From: Clostridia bacterium
GTDB taxonomy: Bacteria > Bacillota > Clostridia > CAKSNL01 > HGM11501
DNA length: 64,000 nt
NCBI GenBank assembly: GCA_045545475.1
Contig: JAZQAZ010000041.1
Coordinates: 1 to 64,000 of the forward strand
Reading direction: 5' to 3'
The translations under genes were made by a program, and so were the position numbers. The notes beneath the pieces were generated by a model. It saw nothing but the letters and a program-made list of their open reading frames with translations, made no database searches and had not been told where the DNA came from. Shown one piece after another: positions 59,898-64,000 of the stretch (positions within the stretch are counted from its first letter, which is position 1; the number at the start of each line of letters is the position of its first letter).

Positions 59898-60509
59898 TCA
59901 TCCCTCACTTTCACAAAAAGCCTTAAGTATTTTAAGTCCCACGTCTCCGCTTTTTTCAGGATGGAACTGACAGCCCGATACATTTCCCTTTTCAACTGCC
60001 GCTGTCAGGGGAGCACCATAGTCGCTTACAGCGATTACACTGTCACATTCTGCTCCGTAATAAGAATGAACGAAGTAAACAAAATCCCCATCCTTTATAT
60101 ACTTAAAAAGCTTTGAATCTTTAGTAAACTTAAGTGCATTCCAACCTATATGAGGAATTTTAAGCTCTTTCGGAATAACCCCTTCAATCGGACGAATTTC
60201 TCCCTTTATTAACCCCAGTCCTTCATGTTCCCCGTACTCATAGCTTTTTTCAAAAAGCATTTGCATGCCGAGGCATATTCCCATTATGGGTTTACCCTTT
60301 GCAGCTTCTTCTTTTATTACGTCAAAAAGACCTGTATCACGAAGCTTTTTTGCCGCATCTCCAAAAGCACCAACGCCGGGAAGAATTATTTTTTCAGCAT
60401 TCTTTATTTCTTCGGCTTCTCCTGTAACAAACGCCTTTGCACCAATCATATCAAGGGAGCTTTTAAGTGAGAAAAGATTCCCCACTCCGTAGTCAACTAT
60501 CGCAATCAT
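59898..60509 (-). CDS. hisH: Imidazole glycerol phosphate synthase glutaminase subunit
   Basis: DYGVGN, LPGVGAF, GICLGMQ, PHIGWN, YFVHSY and QFHPEKS. Confidence 0.97.
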   Translation of the reverse strand: MIAIVDYGVGNLFSLKSSLDMIGAKAFVTGEAEEIKNAEKIILPGVGAFGDAAKKLRDTGLFDVIKEEAAKGKPIMGICLGMQMLFEKSYEYGEHEGLGLIKGEIRPIEGVIPKELKIPHIGWNALKFTKDSKLFKYIKDGDFVYFVHSYYGAECDSVIAVSDYGAPLTAAVEKGNVSGCQFHPEKSGDVGLKILKAFCESEG

Positions 60510-61105
60510 TAAAGCACTCCCTTTGTTGAAGGTATTTCGTTTTTCGCCGCTTCGTCTATTGACACGGCAGTTCTCAAGCTTCTGGCAACCGATTTATAAA
60601 TTCCCTCAATAATGTGATGAGAATTCATGCCGGAAAGCATTTTAATATGGAGATTGCATTTTGCATTGTCGGAAAATGCAAGAAAAAACTCCCTTACAAG
60701 TTCCGTATCAAAGTCCCCCACCTTTTCTGTGGGGATTTGGGCATCAAATACCAGATAGCTTCTGCCGGATAAGTCCACTGCAGAAAGAATAAGTGCTTCA
60801 TCCATAGGAAGAATCATAGAGCCGTAGCGGCAGATTCCCTTTTTGTCGGAAAGTGCATTTGCAAAAGCATCTCCCAGGGCAATTCCGATATCCTCTGTTG
60901 TGTGGTGATAGTCAACAAAGGTATCTCCCTTGCAGGTAAGCTCTATATCAAATCTTCCGTGCTTTGCAAAAAGCGTCATCATGTGATCCAAAAAGCCACA
61001 GCCGGTATTGATTTTGCTTTCTCCCTTACCGTCTAAATCTATCTTAAGATAAATATCTGTTTCATTTGTTTTTCTTTTTATTTCTGCTGTTCTCAAAGTT
61101 ATCAC
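60509..61105 (-). CDS. hisB: Imidazoleglycerol-phosphate dehydratase
   Basis: RKTNETDI, FLDHM, DYHHTTED, PMDEAL, NSHHIIE and PSTKGVL. Confidence 0.97.
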   Translation of the reverse strand: MITLRTAEIKRKTNETDIYLKIDLDGKGESKINTGCGFLDHMMTLFAKHGRFDIELTCKGDTFVDYHHTTEDIGIALGDAFANALSDKKGICRYGSMILPMDEALILSAVDLSGRSYLVFDAQIPTEKVGDFDTELVREFFLAFSDNAKCNLHIKMLSGMNSHHIIEGIYKSVARSLRTAVSIDEAAKNEIPSTKGVL

Positions 61106-61107
61106 CC

Positions 61108-62163
61108 TTATTTTATTATTTCGGAAAGTGCCGCTAAAAGTGCTTCCATCTCCTCACGGCTTCCCACGGTTATTCTGTTATAATCCTTTATTCTTTCCTT
61201 TGTGAAATGGCGTACAAGTATGCCCTTTTCACGAAGCTTTATATATATTGCTTCTCCGCTCAAAACACTATGCTTTGCAAAAATGAAATTTGCTTTTGAA
61301 TCCGTAAGGGTAAATCCAAGTTTTTCAAGCTCTTTCTTGGTGTATTCCCTGGTATCAACAATTTTTTCAAGATTTGCTTTTGTATATTCCTCATCGTTTA
61401 ATACACCAAGACCCGATGCCTGAGTCATCATGTTTACGTTATAGGGATTGGTGGAATACTTAATGGTATTAAGATCTCGTATCAGTTCAGGATTTCCGCA
61501 ACCGAAGCCAAGGCGTGCTCCTGCCATGGAACGGGACTTTGAAAATGTTCCCGTAACCAGAAGATTGTCGTATTTTCTTACCAGTGAAACTGCACTTTCG
61601 TTTCCGAAATCCACGTAAGCTTCGTCAATTACCACCACGTTGTCTCTATTATTTTTAACGATTTCCTCAATTTCGGAAAGCGTCAGATAAATTCCCGTGG
61701 GTGCATTGGGGTTTGCTATTATAATGGTTTTTCCCGCATTAAAGTATTTTTTAATGTCTATAGAAAAATCCTCTTCAAGCGGAATTTCCTCATAGGGTAC
61801 GCCGTTTAAATCCGCAAACACCGGATAAAAGCCATAAGTTATGTCAGGAAATACCGCAGGGGTATTTTTATCGCAAAACGCCATAAATGCAAAATTAAGT
61901 ATTTCATCAGAGCCGTTGGTCATAAGTACTTCATCATAGGAAAGTCCCAGTATTTCCGCCATTTTCTCGGTAAGTGCCCTGCATTCCGGATCAGAATAAA
62001 GCATAAGCTTTTCCGCTGCCTCGCTTGCTGCTTTAACAGCCTTTTCGGAAGGCGGATAGGGCGATTCGTTGGTATTTAGCTTTATATACTTACGCTCTTT
62101 GGGCTGCTCCCCCGGTGTATAGGGCGTAAGGCTTTTTACTCTTTCATTTTGAAATCTGCTCAT
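61108..62163 (-). CDS. hisC: Histidinol-phosphate aminotransferase
   Basis: KLNTNESPYPP, NGSDE, NPNAPTG, DEAYVDF and TFSKSRSMAGARLG. Confidence 0.96.
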   Translation of the reverse strand: MSRFQNERVKSLTPYTPGEQPKERKYIKLNTNESPYPPSEKAVKAASEAAEKLMLYSDPECRALTEKMAEILGLSYDEVLMTNGSDEILNFAFMAFCDKNTPAVFPDITYGFYPVFADLNGVPYEEIPLEEDFSIDIKKYFNAGKTIIIANPNAPTGIYLTLSEIEEIVKNNRDNVVVIDEAYVDFGNESAVSLVRKYDNLLVTGTFSKSRSMAGARLGFGCGNPELIRDLNTIKYSTNPYNVNMMTQASGLGVLNDEEYTKANLEKIVDTREYTKKELEKLGFTLTDSKANFIFAKHSVLSGEAIYIKLREKGILVRHFTKERIKDYNRITVGSREEMEALLAALSEIIK

Positions 62164-63437
62164 ACTTCCTCCGTACGGATCACCGCACTTTTTGCGTGAG
62201 CGGTAAGTCCTTCCTTTTTTGCGAAAAGTTCAACATCCTTTGCCACATCAGCCAGTGCATCTTTAGTAAAGTAAGTATATTGTGTTTTCTTTATGAAATC
62301 GTCAACGGACAGGGGGCTTGAAAACTTAGCTGTACCGCTTGTGGGAAGTGTGTGGTTGGGACCTGCAAGGTAATCGCCCAGTGCTTCGGGGCAGTTTCTT
62401 CCCATAAATATGGATCCTGCATGGCGGATTGAATCAAGATAGTCAAAGGGATTATCCACACAAAGCTCCAGATGCTCGGGAGCAATTTCGTTGGCAATTT
62501 CAATTGCCGCATAAAGATTTTCCGCAACAATAATTTTTCCGTTATTGTCAATGGATTCCCTTGCAATTTCACTCCTTAAAAGAAGGGGAATCTGTTTTTC
62601 CAGTTCTTCCGATACGGCCATTGCAAGTTCATATGAATCCGTAACTAAAACCGCACTCGCAAGCTTATCATGCTCTGCCTGGGAAAGAAGGTCCGCCGCA
62701 ACATGAGATGCGTCGGAGGCACCGTCAGCCACAATTAAAATTTCGCTGGGGCCTGCAATCATGTCAATGGAAACCATGCCGAATACCTGCTTTTTAGCCT
62801 CCGCAACAAAGGCGTTTCCGGGGCCTACGATTTTGTCAACCTTGGGCACAGACTCTGTTCCGTAAGCAAGTGCCGCAATCGCCTGTGCTCCGCCCACCTT
62901 TATAATTTTATCAACACCTGCAACATATGCCGCAGCAAGTATTACAGGATTCACCTTACCATCCTTACCGGGAGGTGTTACCATAACCACCTCCGGGCAT
63001 CCTGCAATTTTCGCAGGGATTGAATCCATTAAAACAGTGGAAGGATAAGCCGCCGTACCTCCGGGAACATAAAGCCCCGCTCTGTCTACCGGAATGATTT
63101 TCTGTCCCATTACGATTCCCGGCTCGTCATTTATTATAAAGCTTGTCCTTTTCTGCTTTTCATGAAACTTTCTTATGTTTGATGCGGCTTTTTCAAGCAC
63201 TCTGATAAACTCCGGTTCAACGGATGCCACCGCTTCCTTTATCTCCTCATTTGTAACAACCATGTAAGAAAGCTTAGCACCGTCAAACTTTTCGGTGTAT
63301 TCCAAAAGTGCCTTATCTCCATTTTTTCTTACATTATCTATTATATCGGAAACAATGGCAGTAACGTCAACCTTTGGTTCTACTCTTGCGAAGATTTCCG
63401 ATGCGGGAACCTCGCCGTATTTCATTATTTTAATCAT
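62160..63437 (-). CDS. hisD: Histidinol dehydrogenase
   Basis: [32 protein letters not shown] and GPNHTLPT. Confidence 0.98.
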   Translation of the reverse strand: MIKIMKYGEVPASEIFARVEPKVDVTAIVSDIIDNVRKNGDKALLEYTEKFDGAKLSYMVVTNEEIKEAVASVEPEFIRVLEKAASNIRKFHEKQKRTSFIINDEPGIVMGQKIIPVDRAGLYVPGGTAAYPSTVLMDSIPAKIAGCPEVVMVTPPGKDGKVNPVILAAAYVAGVDKIIKVGGAQAIAALAYGTESVPKVDKIVGPGNAFVAEAKKQVFGMVSIDMIAGPSEILIVADGASDASHVAADLLSQAEHDKLASAVLVTDSYELAMAVSEELEKQIPLLLRSEIARESIDNNGKIIVAENLYAAIEIANEIAPEHLELCVDNPFDYLDSIRHAGSIFMGRNCPEALGDYLAGPNHTLPTSGTAKFSSPLSVDDFIKKTQYTYFTKDALADVAKDVELFAKKEGLTAHAKSAVIRTEEV

Positions 63438-63438
63438 C

Positions 63439-64000
63439 TTATTTATCCTCCGCTGTCTGTTTCTTTAAAGATTCAATTACCTTTTCCATAAGATCTCCTT
63501 TGAACTTGAATGCAGACTTATTGGCAATAAGTCTTGCACTTATGGGAACTATTTCCTCTTTTACCTCAAGGTCGTTTTCTTTTAATGTAGTTCCTGTTTC
63601 AACTATGTCAACTATCACATCCGACAAGGATAAAATCGGGGCAATTTCAATTGAGCCGTTTAAGTGAATGATGTCAATATCTCTTCCCTTAGCCGCATAA
63701 TATGCCTTTGTAATATTGGAAAACTTAGTAGCAACCCTTAAAGGGCGCTCGGTATTTTCCCTGAAATCACGCTTTGCGGCAACCGCCATGCGACATTTTC
63801 CGATATCAAGATCCAGAAGCTCATAAACCTCAGGTTCATACTCAAGCAGTATGTCTTTTCCCGCAACTCCGATATCAGCGGCTCCCCTCTCCACATAAAT
63901 CGCAACATCGGAAGGCTTTACCCAGAAGTATCTTACACACTTTTCTTCGTTTACAAAGATCAGTTTTCTGTTCTGTTCCTTTATCGAGGGACACGGAAAA
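63439..64000 (-). CDS. hisG: ATP phosphoribosyltransferase, short form (5' end outside the window)
   Basis: The frame stays open to the window edge (..NRKLIF..VKPSDVAIYVERGAADIGVAGKD); ATKF, GSIEIAP and DIVETGTTL; no C-terminal regulatory domain. Confidence 0.95.
   Translation of the reverse strand, partial: FPCPSIKEQNRKLIFVNEEKCVRYFWVKPSDVAIYVERGAADIGVAGKDILLEYEPEVYELLDLDIGKCRMAVAAKRDFRENTERPLRVATKFSNITKAYYAAKGRDIDIIHLNGSIEIAPILSLSDVIVDIVETGTTLKENDLEVKEEIVPISARLIANKSAFKFKGDLMEKVIESLKKQTAEDK

Overview
This is a low-GC, Clostridia-like chromosomal segment with almost all genes on the minus strand. Housekeeping content: tig-clpP-clpX, thrC, pgi, fhs, a pur operon headed by a ZTP riboswitch, a pyr operon plus guaB headed by a PyrR-type attenuator, T-box-controlled thrS, azlCD, an NSS transporter and the his operon. 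Accessory content: an SLH surface protein and a ~15 kb glycan-utilisation island (36.2-51.3 kb). The island holds a duplicated pair made of a GH99/GH71-like enzyme and a multi-F5/8 (CBM32-like) protein, both with stalk domains. Three observations stand out. (1) A modular array of hairpins separated by GCTAAAT/ATTTAGC heptamers lies between a promoter and a probable four-helix-bundle (Avd/IVP-like) gene, and a partial second copy 51 kb away also begins exactly at a promoter. (2) purL is interrupted by one in-frame TGA exactly at the Cys of its SDHCRH motif. (3) PurF lacks its N-terminal Cys and the pyr operon has no carA. I saw no rRNA, tRNA, CRISPR array or transposase. All family calls come from recognising motifs by eye, not from database searches.
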